From a bacterium (lineage in GTDB: Bacteria > Patescibacteriota > Minisyncoccia > Phycocordibacterales > CAIRYW01), in NCBI GenBank assembly GCA_043744615.1, contig JAYTUJ010000030.1:1329-65328 (forward strand): a stretch of 64,000 nucleotides of DNA, given 5' to 3'. This document shows positions 19,926 to 28,451 of the stretch, one piece after another. Below the pieces are notes generated by a model. That model ran no database searches, was not told the origin of the DNA, and saw only the letters and a program-made list of their open reading frames with translations. Within the stretch, counting starts at the first letter, position 1. Each line of letters starts with the position of its first letter. Both the position numbers and the translations under genes were made by a program.

Positions 19926-20897
19926 ATGTCGGAAAATATGCAGATAAAACTATCTGATTTAAAAAGGCAGTTTCTAGAATACTTAGAAATTGAAAAAGGC
20001 CGTAGTTTAAAGACAATTAGCAACTACGATCGTTATATTTCTAGCTTTTTAACACATACAAAAGAAGAAAACCCTTCTGCTATTAGTGATAATATGCTTC
20101 GGGAATACCGAATGTCATTAAATAGAAGGGAGTCCGGTGTTATTGAGAGTGGAAGACGTGCAACCCTAAAGAAAAAGACTCAAAATTACTACTTAATCGC
20201 AATAAGAGGCTTTTTAAAGTATCTAGCAAAGATAGGTATAACATCTTTACCTGCAGAAAGGATTGAATTAGCCAAAGTTGGTGATAGATCGCTTGATTTA
20301 ATGAGTAATGAAGAGTTAAAAAGGTTATTAGCTGCTCCATCTGAGTCTGATCTCAAGTCGTTGAGAGACAAGGCTATATTAGAGATGTTATTCTCAACAG
20401 GGTTACGAGTCTCCGAACTTTGCTCTTTAAATAGGGATATTGACCTCACAAAAGATGAATTATCTGTTCGAGGTAAGGGTGATAAGGTAAGAGTTGTGTT
20501 TATATCTGAAGAAGCAAAAAATATACTTCAGCTTTATCTTAAAAAAAGAGATGATATGGACGAAGCTCTATTTGTTCATATTGCGCTAAAATCAGCCAAG
20601 TCTAAAGAAGAAGATGTTTCACGTAAAACAATTTCACGTGAAACAATGAGATTAACCAGCCGATCAATAGAAAGAATTGTAAAGTATTACGCTGTAAAAG
20701 CTGGAATATCAAAAAAAGTTACACCTCACGTCGTAAGACATAGTTTTGCTACTGATTTGCTTATAAATGGTGCAGATCTTCGCTCTGTGCAGATGATGTT
20801 GGGTCATGCAAATATATCTACAACTCAAGTTTACACACACTTTACTGATAAACAGTTAAAAGACATACATAAAAAGTTTCACGGGAAACAAAATTAA
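19926..20897 (+). CDS. Tyrosine recombinase, XerC/XerD family
   Basis: TGLRVSEL, GKGDKVR, TPHVVRHSFAT, LGHANISTTQVY motifs. Start may be 19938. Confidence 0.92.
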   Translation: MSENMQIKLSDLKRQFLEYLEIEKGRSLKTISNYDRYISSFLTHTKEENPSAISDNMLREYRMSLNRRESGVIESGRRATLKKKTQNYYLIAIRGFLKYLAKIGITSLPAERIELAKVGDRSLDLMSNEELKRLLAAPSESDLKSLRDKAILEMLFSTGLRVSELCSLNRDIDLTKDELSVRGKGDKVRVVFISEEAKNILQLYLKKRDDMDEALFVHIALKSAKSKEEDVSRKTISRETMRLTSRSIERIVKYYAVKAGISKKVTPHVVRHSFATDLLINGADLRSVQMMLGHANISTTQVYTHFTDKQLKDIHKKFHGKQN

Positions 20898-23148
20898 GTT
20901 ATAGTTAAGTAACATAAATTTAATGTTACACATGAAACTAATATCTTGGAATGTTAATGGAATAAGAGCTTGGCACAAAAAAGAAGCCTATAAAGAGGTT
21001 TTTAAGCTAAAACCAGATATTCTTTGCCTGCAAGAGATAAAAGCTGAAGAATCTCAGATTCCACAGGATGTTTCATGTGTAACAGGCTACACAAGTATTT
21101 TTGAGTCTTCTAAAGCAAAGAAGGGTTATAGCGGTGTCGCTGTTTATACAAAGGATAAACCTGTTACACATGAAACAAAGCTAGGTGTTTCCGAATTAGA
21201 TCAAGAAGGAAGGGTCATTGTGGCTATTTTTGAAAAGATAGTTCTACTTAACTGCTATTTCCCAAATGGTGGTGGAGGCCCAGAAAGATTAGAGTATAAA
21301 CTCAAATACTACGATCAGTTTTTAAAAGTTATCGAAAAGTATCGAAAAGACGGTTACGGAGTTATTTTTTGTGGAGATATAAATACTGCTCATAAAGAGG
21401 TTGATCTTGCTCGCCCAAAAGAGAATGAAAAAAATACAGGTTTCTTGCCAATCGAACGTGCTTGGATAGATAAACTAGTTAGTTTAGGCTACGTCGATAC
21501 TTTTAGACATGTTAATCGTGAAACAAAAGATGCCTATAGCTACTGGGATATGAAAACTTTTGCTCGACAAAGGAATGTTGGGTGGAGGATAGACTATTTT
21601 TTTGTGAGCCCAGACCTTGTTGATAAGATAAAAGACGCGTATATATTGTCTGATATACAAGGTTCAGATCATTGTCCTATAGTACTTGAAATCGATTTAT
21701 AGCCTTATTTAACAAAGTGTTTTTTGTTTATTGACTCAACAGCTTTCTTGTTCTCTTCTTCGATTATTTTTCTTCCTTCTTGTCCTTTTAAAAATAGTTC
21801 CACATCACTTAAGGTATCTAATTCTTTTACTCGCAGTGTGAGTAGTTCAACAGTATTCATCTTAGGATCTTCTATAACTTCATAGAATAAAGCATACAGT
21901 ATATGACCAATTCGAGGTCCTGCTTTTGAATTTGTTATTTCTATTATATTACCCCCATTCAGTTTTAAGCTTGTCACGGATACAGGATCACGCATGACCT
22001 CATCAATCATAGCCTTGTATTTACGAAGTCTATAAGGATCTTCTTTTGGTCTTCCTGTACCAATACGATCACACATTCGAAGGTTAGTAAGCTTTTCTAT
22101 GTTTTCTTTTCCAACATTAGCAACAATTCTTCGAACAGCCGAAAGGGTAATATTCTCAGTATCACTAAAAAACATGTGCCAACGGATAAGTTTACAAACA
22201 GTTTCAATTAATCTTTTAGGGAATTTTAATCTTTCTAATATAATTTTAGCCATTCGACTTCCCACAACTTCGTGGTTATAAAAGGTCCATTCCTTCTTTT
22301 CTTTTGAAAACTCACGAGTTTTTGGTTTTCCTACGTCGTGTAATAAAGCAGATATTCTTATTTCAAAATCCCATTTTTTATCAGCGGCATGTTGTAGGCT
22401 TCGTAAAAGATGTTCAAAAACATCAAAAGAGTGAGCTTGATTTTGTTCACAACCAACACCTTCTAGTAATTCGGGGATAATATAGCCTAAAAGATTGAGT
22501 TTTTGAGCAAAAACAATACCTTGCATTGGTTTATCTGAATTTAAGATACGGATAAGTTCATCTCGTATTCTTTCAAAAGCGATGTTTTTGAGCAGTGCGC
22601 TATCGTTAAAAATAGACAACGCCGTCTCACTACTTATTGTAAAGTCTAATTCTGACGCGAGACGAATAGCTCGTAACATACGTAAGCCATCTTCTTTAAA
22701 TCGTTGATCAGGGTCGCCAACAGCCTTTATAAGCTTTAATTCTAAGTCTTTTCTTCCGTTAAAAGGATCTATAATTAAATCTGCCGAAGAGTCGTAGGCT
22801 ATGGCGTTTATCGTAAAGTCTCTTCTTTGAAGGTCTTCGTCAATTTTTTCACTAAACTCTACATTGTCAGGGTGTCTGTTATCAGAATAAGCAGACTCTT
22901 TTCGATAAGGTGTCACTTCAACTATTTTTAAGCTCGGTTCTTCACATTCTTCGTTAACAACACCGACTGTCCCAAAGGTGTTTTCATAAAATGTCTTTGG
23001 AAATAAGGCTATAATCTGGTCAGGGGTGGCATTAGTAGTTACATCCCAGTCTTTTGGAGTTCTACCTAAAATAAGGTCTCTTACACATCCTCCTACTAAA
23101 AAAGCCTCGAAATTAGCATTTTTTAGTGTATTTGTTACATGTGAAACC
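20615..23148. other. Cluster of eight parS-like palindromes (ParB binding sites)
   Basis: Matches to TGTTNCACGTGAAACA at 20615-20630, 20630-20645, 20875-20890, 20924-20939, 21069-21084, 21162-21177, 21510-21525 and 23133-23148, each with 1-2 mismatches. Confidence 0.85.
20932..21702 (+). CDS. xth: Exodeoxyribonuclease III
   Basis: SWNVNGIRA, LCLQEIK, GYSGVA, GDINTAH, GWRIDY, SDHCP motifs. Confidence 0.95.
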   Translation: MKLISWNVNGIRAWHKKEAYKEVFKLKPDILCLQEIKAEESQIPQDVSCVTGYTSIFESSKAKKGYSGVAVYTKDKPVTHETKLGVSELDQEGRVIVAIFEKIVLLNCYFPNGGGGPERLEYKLKYYDQFLKVIEKYRKDGYGVIFCGDINTAHKEVDLARPKENEKNTGFLPIERAWIDKLVSLGYVDTFRHVNRETKDAYSYWDMKTFARQRNVGWRIDYFFVSPDLVDKIKDAYILSDIQGSDHCPIVLEIDL

Positions 23149-23168
23149 TCTTTTGGTATGTTAAACAC
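21705..23168 (-). CDS. cca: tRNA nucleotidyltransferase / poly(A) polymerase family protein with HD domain
   Basis: VGGCVRD, DWDVTT, DLQRRDFTINA, RFKEDGLRMLRAIR, LLHDVGKP; GTG start. Confidence 0.9.
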   Translation of the reverse strand: MFNIPKEVSHVTNTLKNANFEAFLVGGCVRDLILGRTPKDWDVTTNATPDQIIALFPKTFYENTFGTVGVVNEECEEPSLKIVEVTPYRKESAYSDNRHPDNVEFSEKIDEDLQRRDFTINAIAYDSSADLIIDPFNGRKDLELKLIKAVGDPDQRFKEDGLRMLRAIRLASELDFTISSETALSIFNDSALLKNIAFERIRDELIRILNSDKPMQGIVFAQKLNLLGYIIPELLEGVGCEQNQAHSFDVFEHLLRSLQHAADKKWDFEIRISALLHDVGKPKTREFSKEKKEWTFYNHEVVGSRMAKIILERLKFPKRLIETVCKLIRWHMFFSDTENITLSAVRRIVANVGKENIEKLTNLRMCDRIGTGRPKEDPYRLRKYKAMIDEVMRDPVSVTSLKLNGGNIIEITNSKAGPRIGHILYALFYEVIEDPKMNTVELLTLRVKELDTLSDVELFLKGQEGRKIIEEENKKAVESINKKHFVK

Positions 23169-23247
23169 TGTTATATTGTAGTATACATGAAAAGAATATG
23201 CTATAATTTCTTGAGCCTTATAAAATAGGCTTTAAAGTAGGTTTTAT

Positions 23248-23322
23248 GCTCTTGTGGTGAAATGGATATCACAACGGTCTTCGGAACCGTTATTGTGGGT
23301 TCGAATCCTGCCAGGAGCACCA
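23248..23322 (+). tRNA. tRNA-Arg (anticodon UCG)
   Basis: Cloverleaf: acceptor GCTCTTG/CAGGAGC, anticodon arm ACGGT-CTTCGGA-ACCGT, TTCGAAT loop, encoded CCA; TGCTATAAT promoter upstream. Confidence 0.95.
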
Positions 23323-23359
23323 TTTTTTAAAAACATCTGTGATACCAATGTTTTTTAAT

Positions 23360-23430
23360 GCGGGTATGGTTTAGTGGTAGAATACGTCCTTGCCAAGGAT
23401 GAGACGAGAGTTCGATTCTCTCTACCCGCA
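23360..23430 (+). tRNA. tRNA-Gly (anticodon GCC)
   Basis: Acceptor GCGGGTA/TACCCGC, anticodon arm CGTCC-TTGCCAA-GGATG, TTCGATT loop; CCA not encoded. Confidence 0.95.
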
Positions 23431-23512
23431 CACGCTAGTAAGATAGACCGAGAAGGCTGAAAGTTGATAAATTACTACTCAAACCTCTTAAAATAAGTTA
23501 ACATTGAGTTAT

Positions 23513-24373
23513 ATGAAAAATAAACAAAAAGGCTTCGTCGTTCCCTTGATTTTGGTAATTGTTGCGATGATTGCCGTAGGCGGAGGAGTATATTTGTATC
23601 AAGAAAATAAAGTACCTGAAAATATAGAGCTTGATAAAATGTCCACAACTACTTCAGTTTCAGATGAAAACAAAGATAAAAAGACAGAAGAAGAAACTCT
23701 AAAAAAAGAAGTTGCCCAAGTACAAAAATGTGAATTAGTAGTCACTTCTCTTACCGCTAATTCAAAGGTCTCTTTTCCTTTGAATGTAAGAGGAACAATT
23801 GATAATAGAGCTGCGGGTTGTTCTTGGCAGATGTTTGAAGGACAGGCAGGTACCGCCCAATTATTCTTCAATTATGAAAATAAAGGTTGGAAACCTATTG
23901 GAGTTTCAGTACCTATAAAAGTCGCTGATTGGGCAGCAAAAACGACTTCTTTTGAGGTTGTTCTTAATTTTAATAATGAAGGTATAGGGATTCCCTCTGG
24001 TACTCCTATGAAAATAGTCTTTACTGCGGAAAATGCAGCAGCGATTGAACCTAGTAAAAAACTTGAGTTACCTATTACTTTAGATCTAAATACAAGCACT
24101 GGCCAAACTGGAAGTGTAAAAATCATGTTATCGGACGGAGACTTATATGACAGCTCATTAACTATTCCTGCTCAGGTAACACTAGAAGATAAGAGTAATA
24201 AAGGAAGAGTTTATTCTGCACATTCCTCAAACGGTATTGCTGTTTTTAATGATATTTTAGCTGGATCTTACATGGTCCACATAGCAGCTTCTGGCTTTAA
24301 AGATGTGTACACTGATCTTGCGATAAAGTCGGGAGATAATGGTTTTGGCCTCTCAGTCGCGCTACATAAATAA
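23513..24373 (+). CDS. Membrane-anchored exported protein with beta-sandwich domains (C-terminal carboxypeptidase-regulatory-like fold)
   Basis: KQKGF followed by a hydrophobic N-terminus; C-terminal G.AVFNDI.AGSY.V.I.ASGF pattern. Confidence 0.6.
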   Translation: MKNKQKGFVVPLILVIVAMIAVGGGVYLYQENKVPENIELDKMSTTTSVSDENKDKKTEEETLKKEVAQVQKCELVVTSLTANSKVSFPLNVRGTIDNRAAGCSWQMFEGQAGTAQLFFNYENKGWKPIGVSVPIKVADWAAKTTSFEVVLNFNNEGIGIPSGTPMKIVFTAENAAAIEPSKKLELPITLDLNTSTGQTGSVKIMLSDGDLYDSSLTIPAQVTLEDKSNKGRVYSAHSSNGIAVFNDILAGSYMVHIAASGFKDVYTDLAIKSGDNGFGLSVALHK

Positions 24374-24588
24374 TTGCTTGACATCACCCCCCCCCTCAAA
24401 AAAAATCTAGCTATATTCCCGAATGAGTAATAAGGCAACTATTGAAATCATAGCTTCATCTTGGAAGCAAGGATAATTAGAGGTTTCAGGTTTAATATTT
24501 TGAAACTACCCAAAGAACCCTTGTGGGTCTCTTACCTAACACCGAGACCTTGAGCGGCACAGAAATAGTGTCAAAATGACCTTTAAAC

Positions 24589-24597
24589 TGTGGATAA
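24589..24597 (-). promoter_or_regulatory. Perfect DnaA box (TTATCCACA)
   Basis: TGTGGATAA on the + strand in a 325 bp intergenic region near the parS cluster. Confidence 0.45.
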
Positions 24598-24698
24598 ACA
24601 TGTGAATTGTGTGTAAAAGACAGTCTTTTTAGACTTTTTGACGAACTTTTTACCTTATTTTGATTCATATTTTATCGGACAGGTATATATTTTAATAT

Positions 24699-25055
24699 GT
24701 GAGACATATTAAAATAGGACTTTTAGGTGAACATTTAGCTTGTAAAAAGCTTGTTTCTTTAGGTCATAGTATTGTCCAAAGAAACTTTAGGACTCGCTTT
24801 GGTGAATTAGACATAATTACTCGAAAGGGTAAAAAAGTCTTTTTTATTGAAGTTAAAACAGAGTCTTCAAAGAATAGGGGACAGATAACTTTTTCTGATA
24901 GAATATCAACAATAAAACTGATTCGTCTAAAAAAGACATCTGATATATTTTTATATAATCATCCCGATGTGTTGTTTGAACATGTTGCATGTTTTGTTAG
25001 CCTTGATTTGTTTCGTAAAAAAGTATCTTTTCTTATAATGAGGAATATTTTATAG
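24699..25055 (+). CDS. yraN: YraN family (UPF0102) endonuclease
   Basis: G.LGE.LA...L...G..IV.RNFR...GELDII......FIEVKT motif. Confidence 0.85.
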   Translation: MRHIKIGLLGEHLACKKLVSLGHSIVQRNFRTRFGELDIITRKGKKVFFIEVKTESSKNRGQITFSDRISTIKLIRLKKTSDIFLYNHPDVLFEHVACFVSLDLFRKKVSFLIMRNIL

Positions 25056-25091
25056 ATTTGTTATAACTTTATGCTATACTGTCTTTCATAT

Positions 25092-25164
25092 CGGGGCGTA
25101 GTGTAACGGCTAACATTCCTGTTTTGGGAACAGGCGACTCAGGGTTCGAATCCCTGCGCCCCGA
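25092..25164 (+). tRNA. tRNA-Pro (anticodon UGG)
   Basis: Acceptor CGGGGCG/CGCCCCG, anticodon arm CCTGT-TTTGGGA-ACAGG, TTCGAAT loop; CCA not encoded. Confidence 0.95.
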
Positions 25165-25172
25165 CAAATAAA

Positions 25173-26228
25173 ATGATTTCTCGAATTGTAACTCATTTAC
25201 GGCCTCATGCCGATGAATTAGTGGCTCTTATGCTTCTTCGTACCTTTAAACAAGGCGAAGAATTTTTTCCTGGTATTATGCAAGCAAAATTAGAATATAT
25301 GGCCACTGGTCTTATTTCAGAAGGAAAGACGACTTTAGATTTTCCCGACACCGTTTTTCTTGGTTGTGGTGGTGGGATTTTTGACGAACATTCGACTTTT
25401 AAGACAGATCACAAGATTGGTTCTTGTTGTACGACTCTTGTTGCTGAAAAACTTGGAGTTCTCAAAGAAAAAGGACTCGAACGAATTTTGTTTCAGGTTT
25501 TACGAGAAGACGAGGTTGGTGCTAAGGTAAAACATGAAATTCCTTCAATAATTAAGCTTTTGCATAATAAGTATCCAAATGAACCTGAAAAAGTTGCTAC
25601 GTGGACGGTAGAGGCTTACGAAGCTGTTTATAAGCATGATCTTTTAAATAAAATTTATGTTCAAGAACCAATAACTTTTGAGCATGTATTCTCTATTTTA
25701 CAAAAGCAAAACTCGGCAAAAGCGATAGAATGGAAATCAATAGGGGACGGAGCGATAGATTATCAAAATCAACGTTTTCAAGAGGCAGGAATATATTTTA
25801 ATACTCACGCACAAATAGAAAATTTGAATATACCAGAGATAGGGAACATAAAGATTGCCTCGATTATTACCGATAATGAAGAAACAAATAGAGCGGCTCG
25901 TTTTAAAGGTGTTTCGGTTCTTATACAATTTAATACTCGTGGTAATTGTGCAATTTTTACTGATTATAAGAAAAAACTTGATTTAACAAATACATTTGTT
26001 ATGTTACGTCTAGCAGAACAATCGTATCGAGGCTCTGTTGAGATAAAAGACACTCATCTGTTATCAAAGGAAGGTTTCACAGAGGGTATCCCTTATTGGT
26101 TTTTATTTCATACTCGTCAAATGGGTTTTAATGGAAGTCTTACTACATCAGATATTCCTCCAACAATGATTCCACACGAAAAAATTATTAATATTGTAAA
26201 ACAAGGGCTTTTAACAAAATTTCAGTAA
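25173..26228 (+). CDS. Hypothetical protein, possibly a MYG1/DHH-like phosphoesterase
   Basis: IVTH..PHADE and G.GGG.FDEH motifs. Confidence 0.5.
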   Translation: MISRIVTHLRPHADELVALMLLRTFKQGEEFFPGIMQAKLEYMATGLISEGKTTLDFPDTVFLGCGGGIFDEHSTFKTDHKIGSCCTTLVAEKLGVLKEKGLERILFQVLREDEVGAKVKHEIPSIIKLLHNKYPNEPEKVATWTVEAYEAVYKHDLLNKIYVQEPITFEHVFSILQKQNSAKAIEWKSIGDGAIDYQNQRFQEAGIYFNTHAQIENLNIPEIGNIKIASIITDNEETNRAARFKGVSVLIQFNTRGNCAIFTDYKKKLDLTNTFVMLRLAEQSYRGSVEIKDTHLLSKEGFTEGIPYWFLFHTRQMGFNGSLTTSDIPPTMIPHEKIINIVKQGLLTKFQ

Positions 26229-26242
26229 TAAAGTATAAATAC

Positions 26243-26569
26243 ATGTCTAAATTATTTAAGAAAAACAAAGAAGATTTTATTTGTGAAAAAGAAGATTGCA
26301 AAAAAGTTGTAAAAGGTAATGGTTATACGAATCACTGCCCGCAGTGTCTATGGAGTAAGCATGTTGATATTAATCCAGGGGATAGAGAAGCAACTTGTGG
26401 GGCTATGATGAAACCTGTTGATGGGGGTTCTGGAAAAAATAATTTTTATGTCATTCAACAATGTATTATTTGTGGACATCAAAAAAGAAACGAAACTTCA
26501 CCTGAAGATAATTTTGACGTACTGACAAAAGTGATTGAAGAAAAAAATAAAAAATTACTTTCTCGTTAA
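26243..26569 (+). CDS. RNHCP domain zinc-ribbon protein
   Basis: F.C...C...V...GYTNHCPQCLWSKHVD..PGDR...C...M.P...C..CG motif. Confidence 0.9.
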   Translation: MSKLFKKNKEDFICEKEDCKKVVKGNGYTNHCPQCLWSKHVDINPGDREATCGAMMKPVDGGSGKNNFYVIQQCIICGHQKRNETSPEDNFDVLTKVIEEKNKKLLSR

Positions 26570-26571
26570 GT

Positions 26572-27663
26572 TTAATTTGAAAGAAGAATCTCTGAAAGTT
26601 TTTTGAGATTGTTTAATTTGAAATCAGATTCTACACTATCTGCAGAATTAATTAATTCGTAGATTGTTTTTCCATAAGAGCTTATTAGGTTCTGATTAAT
26701 ATATGAAAGTGCAATCCCTCGAATGTTTTTTAAGCCATTATCAGTAAGCGTTGTTGCTACCATAATGCCAGTAAGTATTCCTTGTGATGAAAAAATTGCT
26801 CCTCCCGATGAACCTTTTTGTGCAAGAGTAGTTGCTTCTGTTGAAATAAGATCTTTTGTATCGTCCCCGTTTATGCCGTATAAATCAGTAATTGAAGAAT
26901 TTTCAGAAACAAATTTTAAGTTTTTATCTAATTGATCAGCAGTAATATTTTCTGAAGGATAACCACCTAATATTATTTTTTGACTGATAGAATTTTTTTC
27001 TGTTGATATGTCTGAAGAAGTTACGGGATTAACAGTATTGTTTTGAGAAGATGTTTTTAATCTTAAAAATGCATAGTCATTTGCGCCTGTTCCAACTGAA
27101 TTTAAACGAGTCAAACTATTAGAATTATTTGCCACCCATGTAGGTGATAAATATATGACATCAGCTTTGTAAGAGTTTTTTGCTGGTGAACCCGTTCTGA
27201 TATTGCAAGAATAAGAAGGTGAATTCATATAATCTTCTAATAAGACATATTCGGCAACATGGGCATTTGTTAATACGATTCCTTTTGAATTAATTACAAC
27301 GCCACTACCTGTTACCGATTCAATTAAATTACCTTTTGTTATTTTACAATAAATATTAACAACGCTATTTGTACTAGTCTCAGTTTGCCCCAGACCTTTT
27401 AGGTATTCTTCAATTTTCAGTAGACCGTCTTTATTTTCAGTTTCTACTGGTTCTGTCAGAGTTTTGTTTTGTTTAGTCGCGACAGATGTTTTTGAGGAGA
27501 TTGCAATTTTTTGTTTTGGTTTTATATTTTCAATATGAACGGGAACTATTTTAGTAGGGGAATGTTGACGTACGAGTGTTTCGTTTGTGGTCAATCCAAC
27601 AAAAGAAATAAAGTTCAATAGAATTCCTAATAAGTTTTTTATAACCACACTAGATTCTTGCAT
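26572..27663 (-). CDS. Exported trypsin-like serine protease
   Basis: GSGVVI, LTNAHV (His), NDYAFL (Asp), GSSGG (Ser). Confidence 0.85.
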   Translation of the reverse strand: MQESSVVIKNLLGILLNFISFVGLTTNETLVRQHSPTKIVPVHIENIKPKQKIAISSKTSVATKQNKTLTEPVETENKDGLLKIEEYLKGLGQTETSTNSVVNIYCKITKGNLIESVTGSGVVINSKGIVLTNAHVAEYVLLEDYMNSPSYSCNIRTGSPAKNSYKADVIYLSPTWVANNSNSLTRLNSVGTGANDYAFLRLKTSSQNNTVNPVTSSDISTEKNSISQKIILGGYPSENITADQLDKNLKFVSENSSITDLYGINGDDTKDLISTEATTLAQKGSSGGAIFSSQGILTGIMVATTLTDNGLKNIRGIALSYINQNLISSYGKTIYELINSADSVESDFKLNNLKKLSEILLSN

Positions 27664-27747
27664 CTGAGTATTTTATCATAATTCATATAGATATAATTAA
27701 CATTTGTACTTTTTTACGACTTTGCTATAATTCATGTAGATTTTAGA

Positions 27748-27821
27748 GCGGGATTAGTTTAGTGGTAAAACAACAGTTTTCCAAACTGTGGTTGGGAGTT
27801 CGATTCCCCCATCCCGCACCA
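27748..27821 (+). tRNA. tRNA-Gly (anticodon UCC)
   Basis: Acceptor GCGGGAT/ATCCCGC, anticodon arm ACAGT-TTTCCAA-ACTGT, encoded CCA; TGCTATAAT upstream. Confidence 0.95.
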
Positions 27822-27830
27822 TTTAAAAAT

Positions 27831-27986
27831 ATGAATACAAACGGACCAGAAAATTTTCCATTAGAAGAACAAGCACTACCAGAGAGTGTTCCTGAAGCTA
27901 AACTTCCTGGGAACTTAAATGAATCTCAAAGAGGAGATCTACAACAAGCTTTAAGGGAACTGATGAACAATAGTGATATTACATAA
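27831..27986 (+). CDS. Possible small acidic protein downstream of tRNA-Gly
   Basis: MNTNGPENFPLEEQ... (51 aa) ends just before a terminator; no family recognised. Confidence 0.35.
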   Translation: MNTNGPENFPLEEQALPESVPEAKLPGNLNESQRGDLQQALRELMNNSDIT

Positions 27987-28020
27987 ATAAAAACCCCTCA
28001 TGAATGAGGGGTTTTTATTT
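27987..28020. terminator. Bidirectional intrinsic terminator
   Basis: AAAAACCCCTCA-TGAA-TGAGGGGTTTTT between convergent units. Confidence 0.8.
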
Positions 28021-28040
28021 TATCCTTTATATAGATATTT

Positions 28041-28316
28041 TTATTTCTTTACTGCGTCTTTAAGAGCTTTAGCTGCTCGGAATTTAGGAACTTTTGTGGC
28101 TGGAACTTTTACACTTTCACCTGTTCGTGGATTTCGTGCTGTCCGTGCTGCTCGAAGTTTTGCTGAGAAAATGCCGAGTCCTGCAATTGAAACTTCATCA
28201 CCTTTCTTGAGTGACTTTGTAATTGTTTCGATGATTGTCTCAACTACTTGTTCTGCTTGCACTTTTGTTCCTCCGAGTACTTGTTGTACTACTTCTGCGA
28301 GTCCTTGTTTGTTCAT
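28041..28316 (-). CDS. hup: DNA-binding protein HU
   Basis: MNKQ.L...; G.G.F....RAARTARNPRTGE.V.VPA.KVPKFRA.K.LKDAVK. Confidence 0.95.
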   Translation of the reverse strand: MNKQGLAEVVQQVLGGTKVQAEQVVETIIETITKSLKKGDEVSIAGLGIFSAKLRAARTARNPRTGESVKVPATKVPKFRAAKALKDAVKK

Positions 28317-28451
28317 TTTTATATTATTAATTTAATAGTTCTAATTTGATTATATGGTATAAGGTTTTTTTAGCAATAGATATAAAATAAAGTGTGGAAA
28401 ACTTTGTTTTCCACACTTTATAACATAAATTTATATTGATGCTATCTAAAA

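Noticed and set aside
19926-24373. Tyrosine recombinase near tRNAs as a possible prophage or island integrase
   Set aside because: It looks like a housekeeping Xer, is flanked by core genes, and no att duplication or phage genes were seen.
27748-27821. Possible UGA-to-Gly recoding (code 25) tRNA
   Set aside because: The anticodon is UCC, not UCA, and conserved genes translate full length under the standard code.
27762-27830. 5' part of ORF 27762-27986
   Set aside because: It overlaps tRNA-Gly(UCC); only the part from 27831 is plausible.
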